A stretch of DNA of 64,000 nt, taken from NCBI GenBank assembly GCA_965153355.1, contig OZ231126.1, positions 48,670,001 to 48,734,000 of the forward strand. The letters are read 5' to 3'. Positions within the stretch are counted from its first letter, which is position 1; the number at the start of each line of letters is the position of its first letter. The DNA comes from Flaccisagitta enflata. Lineage: Eukaryota. The notes under the pieces were generated by a model. It worked only from the letters and a program-made list of their open reading frames with translations. It was not told where the DNA came from and did not search any database. The position numbers were made by a program, and so were the translations under genes. This document shows positions 52,130 through 64,000 of this stretch, piece by piece.

Positions 52130-53612
52130 TCAACACCAGTGCATCTGTTTAAAGTTGGCCTCATTCTTCAAAGTTGACCCCCAGGCGCCGTAGGAAGATG
52201 CGTTAGAGGGCGACTTCTTGACGCTCGATTTGTCTTTCCATGAGCAGCCCTGAGCAGACCGCTTCATGTTGGTCATCTGCTTGAAGTCATACGACTTAAA
52301 CGGACCAGATAATTCGTCACCTGTTCAAAGATTGTGATTTTATCTTATTTTGACCTAATCTGGTTGTCAGATGGAACCCTGATATTTTTTTTGTTTCGGC
52401 GGTACCTATGTCTGAGCAGGTGGAAACCAGGCCGCATACACGACTAATGAGCAGTCACTTGCGGTTGGGCAGGGCGCTGACACGCTCAAAAATCACTATT
52501 CTGGTCAATTTCGCATCATCCAAAGTAAAAAAAAAACAGTGATGCACAGACCTATCTACAAACGGACTGGCCCTCTCATAAAATCAATGAGCAAGATATT
52601 AGTATTCACGATTAACACCTGTAACACAATTATTGAAAAAACATGATAACGATTGCGTTTAATCAGCTTTTATCTGCTGCGTTTAATCAGCTTTTATCTG
52701 CTTCATACACTGATAGGGCAGAGGTGTATATAATTGAGTCGCTTTTGATTTTTTCCCCCCCTGCCTTTGATTTCCTTCCCCGCGACGCGTTGCGTATTAA
52801 AATCTATGATTTTCTTCTCCATAAAGCTATAAAACAGTGTAGTTAAGGTTTAGATAGTGTTAAATTGTGTTTTACTAACTAGTTTTTATGATTTGGTACT
52901 GTCATAAGTTACTTTTTCCTCAAATTTTCTTTTTTTCTCTTTTTTCCCTCTTTGATTTCCTTCCAAATCTCCAGAACCTTTGATTTCCCCCCCCCCCCCA
53001 CCAGGGGGAGAAAATCAATAATATACAGGCCTGTGATAGGGTCAAATTATAATAAGTAAATACATATGAAGAGTCATTTTATCTTTGATTTTACCAGTTT
53101 TGGTTGTTTGTTACCTCAATTACAAGCACTTACACCTTATAGGATGATGATTGTCCGCGACATATAATTCTTAATCATATTTTATACAAAACCAGCTTGC
53201 CATTATTCAATTTGATTGAAATTCATGACCAAATTGAAGTGCTTTTCAATAGAAATGAAATGCTTTTGAAAATCAGAGGTATTTTTTGATAATTTGAGCG
53301 GTTTTCATTGGGGAGTGGGGACGCTGTCACAATTTTTGGCATTTCTCGACTTAACCTGTATCATTTCAAATGAAATTCATGACCAAAATAAAGCACTTTT
53401 TATGTCTTCGCAAATGATAAAATCCTTTCAAATGTAATTATCTTGGTATAGATATGGTAGCATCAAAACCTTTTTTTTCAATAATTGTGTTACAGGTGTT
53501 TAAGAGATACTTTTCATCTTGCGCGCCTACCGCTGCCGGGGTTGGAGCAGTTTGAGACGGATCTTGTACGTGAGTTGACCCCGGTCTTTTCGTCCACCTT
53601 GGTGCGTCCCAT
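52130..53612 (-). CDS. Candidate orphan small protein (90 aa, two coding exons 53612-53531, 52320-52130)
   Basis: AAGATGG Kozak context, G|GTAGGC donor and CAG acceptor in matching phase 1. Product MGRTKVDEKTGVNSRTRSVSNCSNPGSGDELSGPFKSYDFKQMTNMKRSAQGCSWKDKSSVKKSPSNASSYGAWGSTLKNEANFKQMHWC. The exons are GC-richer islands in AT-rich non-repeat DNA. No homologue recognised. Confidence 0.5.
52719..53033. mobile_element. hAT-type MITE
   Basis: CAG...CTG ends with 8-bp TSD TGATAGGG. Confidence 0.8.
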
Positions 53613-55043
53613 CTTCTTGAATACCGAGTGGAGATTCGTATTTTTGAGAAAGTTATTCGCAACAGCCTCCTGTTTTTGAAATGAGGTCGAGATTCGAAAT
53701 TGCTCTTACTTCGAGTTAAGCATTAGTTGTTATCTAACTGCAAGGATTTGCCTCATTGCTGTGATTGAAGATCTAGTCATTGCCAAAAGAGTTCTAAGAT
53801 GGCAACCAGGACTGAGACGTGAAGACCCCATCAAATCCATAGTTCATTTCTCTGAGGCAATTGCCATTGTGCAATAACCTAAAAATGTGTATCGCACTTG
53901 CCTTATGAGGTAGTTCAATCAAAGATGTAGGTCCGAATGTAGGTCATAAAAAGGAAGTGCCAAATGCGACCAACTCTCGTTTTTCTACCAGAGCTTGGGA
54001 GTCCTGAAAAAAAGGAAAGAATTATATCTGTGATGGTATTTTTAATGAATTCTGATTGTACATGGCCAGCCAAACCTTAACCCTGGCTATTTGGTTAAGT
54101 TATACAGTGGAGTGGTGGCAGTGGTTTTTTGCATCAATCAAGAGGGGGTGGTGGGGGGGGGGGGATGAATGGACAAATGGTTGAAAACAAATCCTCTGTG
54201 TACAAGTTGTACATCTGTGGCCAATTCCCTTTAAGATTACCACCTATTCCTTTTTGGGCAGCGGCCCAAAGGGGTCGATGACCTATACTTTCACATGGGG
54301 AAATTTCTCCCCCTCCTCTTACGTAACCCCCTCCTCTAATCCCAGTCTTGAGGCCTAATTCTGTCTTTAAGCCCAATTCCTCATGGCTGGGATTTGGATC
54401 TTAAGTCTGGGATTTGGGCCTGAAGGCTAGGATTTGGGCCTGAAGGCTGGGATCTGGGCCTCCAGGCTAGGATGTGAGCCTTGAGGCTGGGATTTGGGCG
54501 TCGAGGCTGGTATTTGGGCCTTGAGACTGGAATTTGGGCCTCAAGACAGGGATTTGAGGGGGTGAGGGACAGAGGAGGAGAAATTGCCCGTGTAAAAGCA
54601 TAGGTCCGCTTTCCTGCTCCCCCTTTAACTTCAAGCTCAACCTACTTAGACAGGGCACGGGTACCGCTGACCATCTAACGCTTTGTTTTGGATCAGAATC
54701 GTACATTAATACGAATATCTAAGTGACACAAGTTGCAACTGCATATTCGCATATTGGCACTGACGTGCTTAAAACCCCCAGTTAAGCTCCTAAAACCAAG
54801 ACTTACCGGAAACGGAGTTGTTCAATTTTAGCAATTGGGCCTCGTTTTCTGCAGCGCAAGCAACTTGTTTCATTTGCACCAATCGTGGTTGTTCCAAAGG
54901 AAGAAGAAAAATTTTGACATGAATTTTGTTTGTGGGACGGAGTTATGCTGCAGTATTTCTTTTGCTATGTGTGAAATTTTTCTGTTTGTTGGGTGGTTTT
55001 TTGCATTGAGAAGTGAACTTCTAGTTATCGCGGAAGAAGGTTG

Positions 55044-55080
55044 AACTAAAGAGAGCCCGGGAGCGAGGACGGTTTTTATA
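55044..55080 (-). promoter_or_regulatory. Candidate TATA + Inr core promoter
   Basis: Minus strand TATAAAAA at 55080-55073, TTAGTT about 33 nt downstream, then a donor CCG|GTAAGT at 54807. Confidence 0.5.
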
Positions 55081-55356
55081 CGAGAGGGAACGAGAGTGAA
55101 AGAGAGAGTGAGAGATTAAGAACAAATCGGGGTAAATTTTTGTGAACCAGGGACAATTCAATTTAAAACTAGTGTATTAGTACTTGGTCTGGGTCTTGGT
55201 CTGGACAATTCAAATAAAACTAGTAAAACAGTTCTTGGTTTGGCATCTTGGCAATAATAATCAACAGCGCGCTTGTGCGATGCGAGAAATACCTTTTGAA
55301 AATACGATCTTCAAAGTTTTCTGTAAATTTCTTCATGCGTCTTTTTTTATTACATA

Positions 55357-56184
55357 CGGTAGAACTCGTCTAGACTTGAGATAACGGGGGCAAGCATTGT
55401 AGGAAAACAAATGAAAAAGATTGATATTTTAAACATAGACTATAAAAATGATGCTTTATCACCTATGATAGATGGTTGCCATGGAAGCGCATTTTTATGT
55501 ATTTTTGCTAGAATATCAATATTTTGAGAATTTTTTTGAGGGAACATTGCTTAAAATCAAATTTACTACAACTTTTGGTCATTTTGTAGATGAAGTATCG
55601 CACTTGAGTTTCCCGAAAATTCCCCCAGAGCAAACTTTCAATTGGCGAGTAGATATTAAGCTCTAAAACACCCCTAACCCTAACACTAGCCCTAACCCTA
55701 ACCTGATCCCTAAGACTATCCCTGACCTATCCCTAACCCTAACACTAACCCTACCCCTAACCCTAACCTGTTACCCGCTTTTGAGTGATTGACCGCTAAA
55801 AACAAAAGACAAAAGGATGCGAACTCTCCTACTTCGAGACCCAACTTTCCCACAGTATGTTCTATAAAAATGTTGCTAGTCTAGTGGTTGCTAAGGGTTG
55901 TCAAACATGGATACGCTCCCTAGTAACAGCCAAATTAGCGATATTCTTACTTAATATATTGTGGGAAAATTGTAATTATTTTGATTTTCAGCAATTTTCC
56001 TTAGAACTCTCTCAAAATATTGATATTTTAATGAGAATACATGGAAATGTTTTCCTAAGTCAACCAAGTTTCATGGGGAATAAATTATTCTTTTATTATT
56101 TATAGTCCAATATCAGCTTTCTAGTTTCGTTTGTTTTTCCATAATGCTTGCCCCCGTTATCTTAAGATTAGACGTGATCTACTG
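55357..56184. mobile_element. Tc1/mariner-type MITE containing (CCCTAA)n-like tract
   Basis: TA|CGGTAGAACTCGTCTAGACTTGAGATAACGGGGGCAAGCATT ... AATGCTTGCCCCCGTTATCTTAAGATTAGACGTGATCTACTG|TA. Confidence 0.8.
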
Positions 56185-58564
56185 TATCTAAATATGACGC
56201 ATCTCTTGGCCTTGATCTGAATAGCGTCACAAGAAGGTGAAAGAGATATCAAAATGCAATGTTTGTCATCCAGAGAATGGCTTACAATATGGAACATCAT
56301 TTGGTGCGTTCATTTTACGCTACCCTACGGATAACTTTTTGGTTGGTCACCCATGTTTTTTTGGAGCTTAGGTCGCTTTTACAAGTGTTTTTGCTCCTGC
56401 CGACCCTGTCCCTGCCCGAGTATCTGGCCTGGTTGTCCTCGACGATCGATTTACTATCTATAAAATAAAAATCTACACTTAATGTTTTGATTGATATCTG
56501 TTGAATGACTTAGCTGAATCTAAAAAAAATTGGTGAGGGGATTGTAGCCCTATTGAACCTTGCCGGAGGGTTATGAAACTTGGCAAATATTATATTTTAT
56601 ATACGCATTTCGAAGAAGTAGATAGGTGTCTGTGGTCTACTACCTCTCATTACCCACCCTGCTTTACGTTTCTCACGATCCACACGTTTTTCTCACGGGC
56701 ATGATAATTCTGCTTGTGTTGTGACTTGTGAGAGTAAGGATTAGAAAACAAGGCCGGATACACGGCCAATAAGTAGTCGCTGGCGGGTGGGCAGGGGCAG
56801 TACACCGAGGGGCAGGGGCAGTCAATCAGTGGGCAGGGGCTGTATTTTGGGTGGGCAGGGGCTGTTATGTTCAGAAACCACAAATACGGTCAATTTCGCG
56901 GCATCCGAAATTTCGCGTGACAGACAGACAGACAGACCAAGGGACACACCCTCTTATAGAGTCGCTTAGCCAGCGACTTAAAAAACGGGCAAGCAATTGC
57001 CCTTGCGCTATCATTAACTTCATAATAGTCTTCTTTTGGATACGTCTTAAAATTCCTCATCTTTTAGCATTATAAACCCCTGGCATTCATGACGGCGAAC
57101 GGTGGCTCTACTGGCTCTACCGGAGAATATTAACTGCCAAACGGGGTGAAAAGTTTGCGACAGAATGCCGGTCACGCAGTATTATGAAAGGTACTCTGAT
57201 CGTTTTATTTATTCTTTTGTCAGTACTACTCCTATCAACCTCATTGCTCTGTATGCGATTTTGACCTTCACGGGGTAAGGGGGAATTGGAAGTGGGAAAT
57301 TGAGTATGGGCGCGTGGGCCTAGGGAGCTGCGAGGCACCTCAAGGATCAACCATCAACTTAGCCTAAGTTCGTTTTCCTCGCCTCTTTGCTCATGGCAGC
57401 TCAAGTCCCTTTCTCCACTCCATTCATGTCATCGGACCGAATTATTGGACTGAATGGAAAATGAACGTCTTTCTTTTGTACTTAATAGTATATTTGACAA
57501 TGGCAAAATTGTTTTTTAGTTGATCTGAAAAATGGTAAGTCAAGTAACTCGGGGTCACAATTACGCTGCGGACGGATGGGTAGGCTTGGGTAGGGGCGTC
57601 CAACCCCCATCCACACCCGAACCCTCAACCCTACACACTTACGTGTACAAAACATTCATAAAAAGTATTTTAGACATCCGTTTTTTTCCACTTTTAAACT
57701 CGATCAGCACATACCGACAATCTGATGGACCATCGGACCGACAAACAGACAAAGCCTCTAAAAACTAAAAACATGAAATATAAATTTAATTAAATATAAA
57801 AAAAGTTGTTGCTCAAAAAAAAGTTCCTCCCTATTGAAGTTTTGCATGCAACAAGGCTTCTTCCACCTCTCGCCTCTACCCCCTACCTACATAACTACCT
57901 ACATAGCTATGTACCTACATACCTACACACCCACTTAGAGACGCGAGGACGCATACTATTACAAGAAGTTTCTATGCAAGTTGCACTCCCCGTTAGGTCC
58001 CTTGATGAAAGGAAATGTTTTTCGATTGTAATCGTGGCGTGCTGTCGCCGTTTAATTCTTTGATTGGTGTAGACAAGTGGTGAGGTCATAATTCCAACTC
58101 TCACTGTCCCTTATTGGTTAAAGCGATCGATTTCTTCTGGGTCGAGGGAGAAACCACGAAGCATTCACGTGAGTAAAAAATAAGAAAAAAAAAAACTGAA
58201 ATGGTTTGTGGAGTTAGGATGGATTCGACGATGTTATATTTCAAAAAGCAACCTGCCATTCCTGGGAGCCCAAATGAATGATTGTAGAGATGGAAGATCA
58301 CTACTTTTGGGGCCTTCAATGAAATTTCAAAATTTAACCCCTGAGCTCAGTCATGAAGATGAAATGGAATGGCCTTTGAGGGGGGAGTCTAAGTGACACA
58401 ATTTACATAAAATCTGACCACGCTATGTGAAATGGCGTGAAATTTTGATGTCAACCTGATGATTTGATATCTAAACTCCCAGGCGTTTAGTCACAATCAA
58501 ATTTTACATTTTGTTGGTCCTCGAAGTGTGACAGAATTGATACGCTCGTCGGACGATCCTCGTA

Positions 58565-59328
58565 CAGTATGATTTTTTTCAACTGTAACATTAGATGAGA
58601 ACATTATGCAAAAACTAAAAGAGCTAGCCAAATTCTGAAAGAAGCTCCCAGAAGGTGAGAGTTTGCAGTTGTTTGCTAAGAGATTCGAAAGGTTTTTAAG
58701 AAAGAAAACTGATATCCATCTTACTTTTTCAATTGGGATTGAAATTTTGAAAAATGGAAAAATGGAAAAAGTAGTAAAGATATTGGCTAAACTGTTTCTC
58801 TTCAAATCGCTCTCATTTTCAAACCGTTTGAGCTACAGATGCCAGATTGGTCCCAAATGAAAGCTATTTTGAAGTACTTTTTGGGAAAAGCTCAACAGAC
58901 AGACTTTTTTTGAGTTTTGAATACATTTGGTTAACTGAAAGTCCATTCTGCAAACAATTTATCCCAAAACAACAAAATCGTTCATGTTTGGCAGGATAAC
59001 TCTTTTTAAAAATCGCTGTCTTTGTTTTTCTCCTAAAACCACATCAAAATACCTTTCATTTGAGACCAATCTGGGATCTGTAGCTCAAACCGTTCAGAAA
59101 TGATAGCGATTTCCGAAAAGACAGTCACTACAAACAGCCTTTTTTGGCAGAATCTGCCTTTTGATTTACATGTGTTAATCAGATCAAAATAAAAGAAAAA
59201 GTCCTTGGGATTTTTCATCCAAAATCTGCAAACTCATATCTTCCAAGTGTTTTTTCAGATTGTAGCTAGCCCTTCTACTTTTCGTGCTATGTTCTCATCT
59301 TATGTTACAGTTCAGAAAAATCATACTG
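58565..59328. mobile_element. Tc1/mariner-type foldback MITE
   Basis: TA|CAGTATGATTTTT ... AAAAATCATACTG|TA. Confidence 0.8.
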
Positions 59329-59369
59329 TAGTTATTTTCTTCTTAGCGGAGGTCAAGATTTTGTGGACT

Positions 59370-59936
59370 GTCAACGCCGTTTGACAACGCCGTCTGACAG
59401 CGCCCGTTTGACAACGCCGTCTGACAGCGCCCGTTTGACAACGCCCTGTTGACAACGCCCGTTTGACAACGCCCGTTTGACAACGCCCGTTTGACAACGC
59501 CCGTTTGACAACGCCCGTTTGACAACGCCCATTTGACAACGCCCATTTGACAACGCCCGTTTGACAACGCCCGTTTGACAACGCCCGTTTGACAACGCCC
59601 GTTTGACAACGCCCATTTGACAACGCCCGTTTGACAACGCCCGTTTGACAACGCCTTGACAACGCCCTGACCGTTTGACAACGCCCGTTTGACAACGCGT
59701 TTGACAACGACGCCCGTTGACAACGCCGTTTGACAACGCCCGTTTGACAACGCCCGTTTGACAACGCCCGTTTGACAACGCCCGTTTGACAACGCCCGTT
59801 TGACAACGCCCGTTTGACAACGCCCGTTTGACAACGCCCGTTTGACAACGCCCGTTTGACAACGCCCGTTTGACAACGCCCGTTTGACAACGCCCGTTTA
59901 ACAACGCCCGTTTAACAACGCCCGTTTAACAATGCC
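59370..59936. repeat. 14-bp minisatellite (TTTGACAACGCCCG)n, ~40 copies
   Basis: Direct inspection; related to the 13-bp arrays at 13898 and 39545. Confidence 0.95.
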
Positions 59937-60326
59937 AAACGCAGAATTGAGAGGTTGAAACAAAAACTAACAAAATTTCAAGTAACTTGATTGAAGTAAC
60001 AAGACTGAATTAATAATTTTTCGTAATGAAACCCCTAATTACATTCTTGACTAATAAAAGAATGAGAAATGAAAACTTTTTTTTTTCACTTAGCAGAGAA
60101 AATCAGAGCGAAAATGACTTGATCATTATGAAAATTGGTCTTTGGAGTATATTAGCGGAAATCACCTGTTGTTCAGTTGAACCCCCGCAGTAAAAGGTGG
60201 ATTTCTGTTTTTGCCAATATAATGATTAAAGAATAAAAAGATATAACAGGCCGCTCAAGCGTCATTATGGTCAGCGGTTCCCGATGCCCCATTGATATCA
60301 TTTAGTATGGTAGTGATGAGGTAATG

Positions 60327-63300
60327 CACCCTGCATCAAAATCACCAACAACCAATACAAAATCCCACCAACCACCCAACCCACCCAAAACACCAACACC
60401 CTGCATCAAAATCACTAACGACCAATACAAAATCCCACCAACCACCCAACCCACCCAAAACACCAACACCCTGCATCAAAATCACCAACGACCAATACAA
60501 AATCCCACCAACCACCCAACCCACCCAAAACACCAACACCCTGCATCAAAATCACCAACGACCAATACAAAATCCCACCAACCACCCAACCCACCCAAAA
60601 CACCAACACCCTGCATCAAAATCACCAACGACCAATACAAAATCCCACCAACCACCCAACCCACCCAAAACACCAACACCCTGCATCAAAATCACCAACG
60701 ACCAATACAAAATCCCACCAACCACCCAACCCACCCAAAACACCAACACCCTGCATCAAAATCACCAACGACCAATACAAAATCCCACCAACCACCCAAC
60801 CCACCCAAAACACCAACACCGTGCATCAAAATCACCAACGACCAATACAAAATCCCACCAACCACCCAACCCACCCAAAACACCAACACCGTGCATCAAA
60901 ATCACCAACGACCAATACAAAATCCCACCAACCACCCAACCCACCCAAAACACCAACACCGTGCATCAAAATCACCAACGACCAATACAAAATCCCACCA
61001 ACCACCCAACCCACCCAAAACACCAACACCCTGCATCAAAATCACCAACGACCAATACAAAATCCCACCAACCACCCAACCCACCCAAAACACCAACACC
61101 CTGCATCAAAATCACCAACGACCAATACAAAATCCCACCAACCACCCAACCCACCCAAAACACCAACACCCTGCATCAAAATCACCAACGACCAATACAA
61201 AATCCCACCAACCACCCAACCCACCCAAAACACCAACACCGTGCATCAAAATCACCAACGACCAATACAAAATCCCACCAACCACCCAACCCACCCAAAA
61301 CACCAACACCCTGCATCAAAATCACCAACGACCAATACAAAATCCCACCAACCACCCAACCCACCCAAAACACCAACACCGTGCATCAAAATCACCAACG
61401 ACCAATACAAAATCCCACCAACCACCCAAAACACCAACACCCTGCATCAAAATCACCAACGACCAATACAAAATCCCACCAACCACCCAACCCACCCAAA
61501 ACACCAACACCGTGCATCAAAATCACCAACGACCAATACAAAATCCCACCAACCACCCAACCCACCCAAAACACCAACACCGTGCATCAAAATCACCAAC
61601 GACCAATACAAAATCCCACCAACCACCCAACCCACCCAAAACACCAACACCGTGCATCAAAATCACCAACGACCAATACAAAATCCCACCAACCACCCAA
61701 CCCACCCAAAACACCAACACCGTGCATCAAAATCACCAACGACCAATACAAAATCCCACCAACCACCCAACCCACCCAAAACACCAACACCGTGCATCAA
61801 AATCACCAACGACCAATACAAAATCCCACCAACCACCCAACCCACCCAAAACACCAACACCGTGCATCAAAATCACCAACGACCAATACAAAATCCCACC
61901 AACCACCCAACCCACCTCAAACACCAACACCGTGCATCAAAATCACCAACGACCAATACAAAATCCCACCAACCACCCAACCCACCCAAAACACCAACAC
62001 CCTGCATCAAAATCACCAACACCAATACAAAATCCCACCAACCACCCAACCCACCCAAAACACCAACACCGTGCATCAAAATCACCAACGACCAATACAA
62101 AATCCCACCAACCACCCAACCCACCCAAAACACCAACACCGTGCATCAAAATCACCAACGACCAATACAAAATCCCACCAACCACCCAACCCACCCAAAA
62201 CACCAACACCGTGCATCAAAATCACCAACGACCAATACAAAATCCCACCAACCACCCAACCCACCCAAAACACCAACACCGTGCATCAAAATCACCAACG
62301 ACCAATACAAAATCCCACCAACCACCCAACCCACCCAAAACACCAACACCCTGCATCAAAATCACCAACGACCAATACAAAATCCCACCAACCACCCAAC
62401 CCACCCAAAACACCAACACCGTGCATCAAAATCACCAACGACCAATATAAAATCCCACCAACCACCCAACCCACCCAAAACACCAACACCGTGCATCAAA
62501 ATCACCAACCACCAATACAAAATCCCACCAACCACCCAACCCACCCAAAACACCAACACCGTGCATCAAAATCACCAACGACCAATACAAAATCCCACCA
62601 ACCACCCAACCCACCCAAAACACCAACACCGTGCATCAAAATCACCAACGACCAATACAAAATCCCACCAACCACCCAACCCACCCAAAACACCAACACC
62701 GTGCATCAAAATCACCAACGACCAATACAAAATCCCACCAACCACCCAACCCACCCAAAACACCAACACCGTGCATCAAAATCACCAACGACCAATACAA
62801 AATCCCACCAACCACCCAACCCACCCAAAACACCAACACCGTGCATCAAAATCACCAACGACCAATACAAAATCCCACCAACCACCCAACCCACCCAAAA
62901 CACCAACACCGTGCATCAAAATCACCAACGACCAATACAAAATCCCACCAACCACCCAACCCACCCAAAACACCAACACCGTGCATCAAAATCACCAACG
63001 ACCAATACAAAATCCCACCAACCACCCAACCCACCCAAAACACCAACACCGTGCATCAAAATCACCAACGACCAATACAAAATCCCACCAACCACCCAAC
63101 CCACCCAAAACACCAACACCGTGCATCAAAATCACCAACGACCAATACAAAATCCCACCAACCACCCAACCCACCCAAAACACCAACACCGTGCATCAAA
63201 ATCACCAACGACCAATACAAAATCCCACCAACCACCCAACCCACCCAAAACACCAACACCGTGCATCAAAATCACCAACGACCAATACAAAATCCCACCA

Positions 63301-63737
63301 ACCACCCAACCCACCCAAAACACCAACACCGTGCATCAAAATCACCAACGACCAATACAAAATCCCACCAACCACCCAACCCACCCAAAACACCAACACC
63401 GTGCATCAAAATCACCAATGACCAATACAAAATCCCACCAACCACCCAACCCACCCAAAACACCAACACCGTGCATCAAAATCACCAACGACCAATACAA
63501 AATCCCACCAACCACCCAACCCACCCAAAACACCAACACCGTGCATCAAAATCACCAACGACCAATACAAAATCCCACCAACCACCCAACCCACCCAAAA
63601 CACCAACACCGTGCATCAAAATCACCAACGACCAATACAAAATCCCACCAACCACCCAACCCACCCAAAACACCAACACCGTGCATCAAAATCACCAACG
63701 ACCAATACAAAATCCCACCAACCACCCAACCCACCCA
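60327..63737. repeat. 70-bp tandem satellite, ~49 near-identical copies
   Basis: Unit CACCSTGCATCAAAATCACCAACGACCAATACAAAATCCCACCAACCACCCAACCCACCCAAAACACCAA. Confidence 0.98.
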
Positions 63738-64000
63738 AGCCTTGGTTTTCATCTTCGCTGCTGAACGACGGTCAACGTCCCTCCCACCTCCACGTTTCCA
63801 GTTTTTATAGATTTGCAGCTTTGATCAAAACCCGTTTAGTTCTGATTCTCCCAGTACAGTGCAAATTGTCACTGGCCAGACTATCATGTAATTTCAAAAG
63901 TTTTCTTACTCCTTGGTAAGATGTGTCGTTCTGCCTTTTAGGGTCAAACTTGTTTTTGTATCCAAATCCAGTGAAACTCACTTTTCCTTTGTATAGTCAG

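Noticed and set aside
53900-54003. Ornithine decarboxylase antizyme
   Set aside because: No TCC-TGA shift site and no antizyme ORF2 motifs.
55671-55770. True telomere or chromosome fusion site
   Set aside because: Short, degenerate, single orientation and enclosed by MITE TIRs.
59370-63737. CRISPR-like arrays
   Set aside because: Pure tandem repeats with no unique spacers, no cas genes and a eukaryotic context.
60324-63919. 708-949 aa P/T/N/H-rich ORFs and many 65-aa reverse ORFs
   Set aside because: By-products of a 70-bp unit (not a multiple of 3) that lacks stops; open in all plus frames.

Overview
This is repeat-rich eukaryotic (invertebrate-like) genomic DNA, not prokaryotic. It holds three recognisable spliced genes: the 3' exons of a SAPCD2-like gene (+, ends 13140), a complete 10-exon sorting nexin SNX5/6 (-, 31229-16310, 420 aa, all splice phases checked by hand), and the 3' five exons of a 26/29-kDa-type papain-family cysteine proteinase (+, 37993-41041) whose 5' exons I could not find. 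There is also a candidate orphan TATA/Inr-driven small-protein gene (-, ~55050-52130) with uORFs and a GC-AG intron. The rest is mostly mobile DNA: an intact Jockey/I-like LINE ORF2 at the window start, many DINE-1/HINE-like elements, TA-flanked Tc1/mariner-type foldback MITEs (nested up to four deep), five hAT MITEs with verified 8-bp TSDs, a Sola-like MITE and several satellites. The most notable item is a 6.66-kb element (42170-48832) with ~1.1-kb TIRs, a 4-bp TSD, RSS-like ends (CACAGCG-13nt-ACAAAGACA) and relics of a Chapaev/Transib/RAG1-type transposase C-terminus. A second CAC-ended element with a 4-bp TSD lies at 24675-26736. Family assignments come from recalled motifs; no searches were run.
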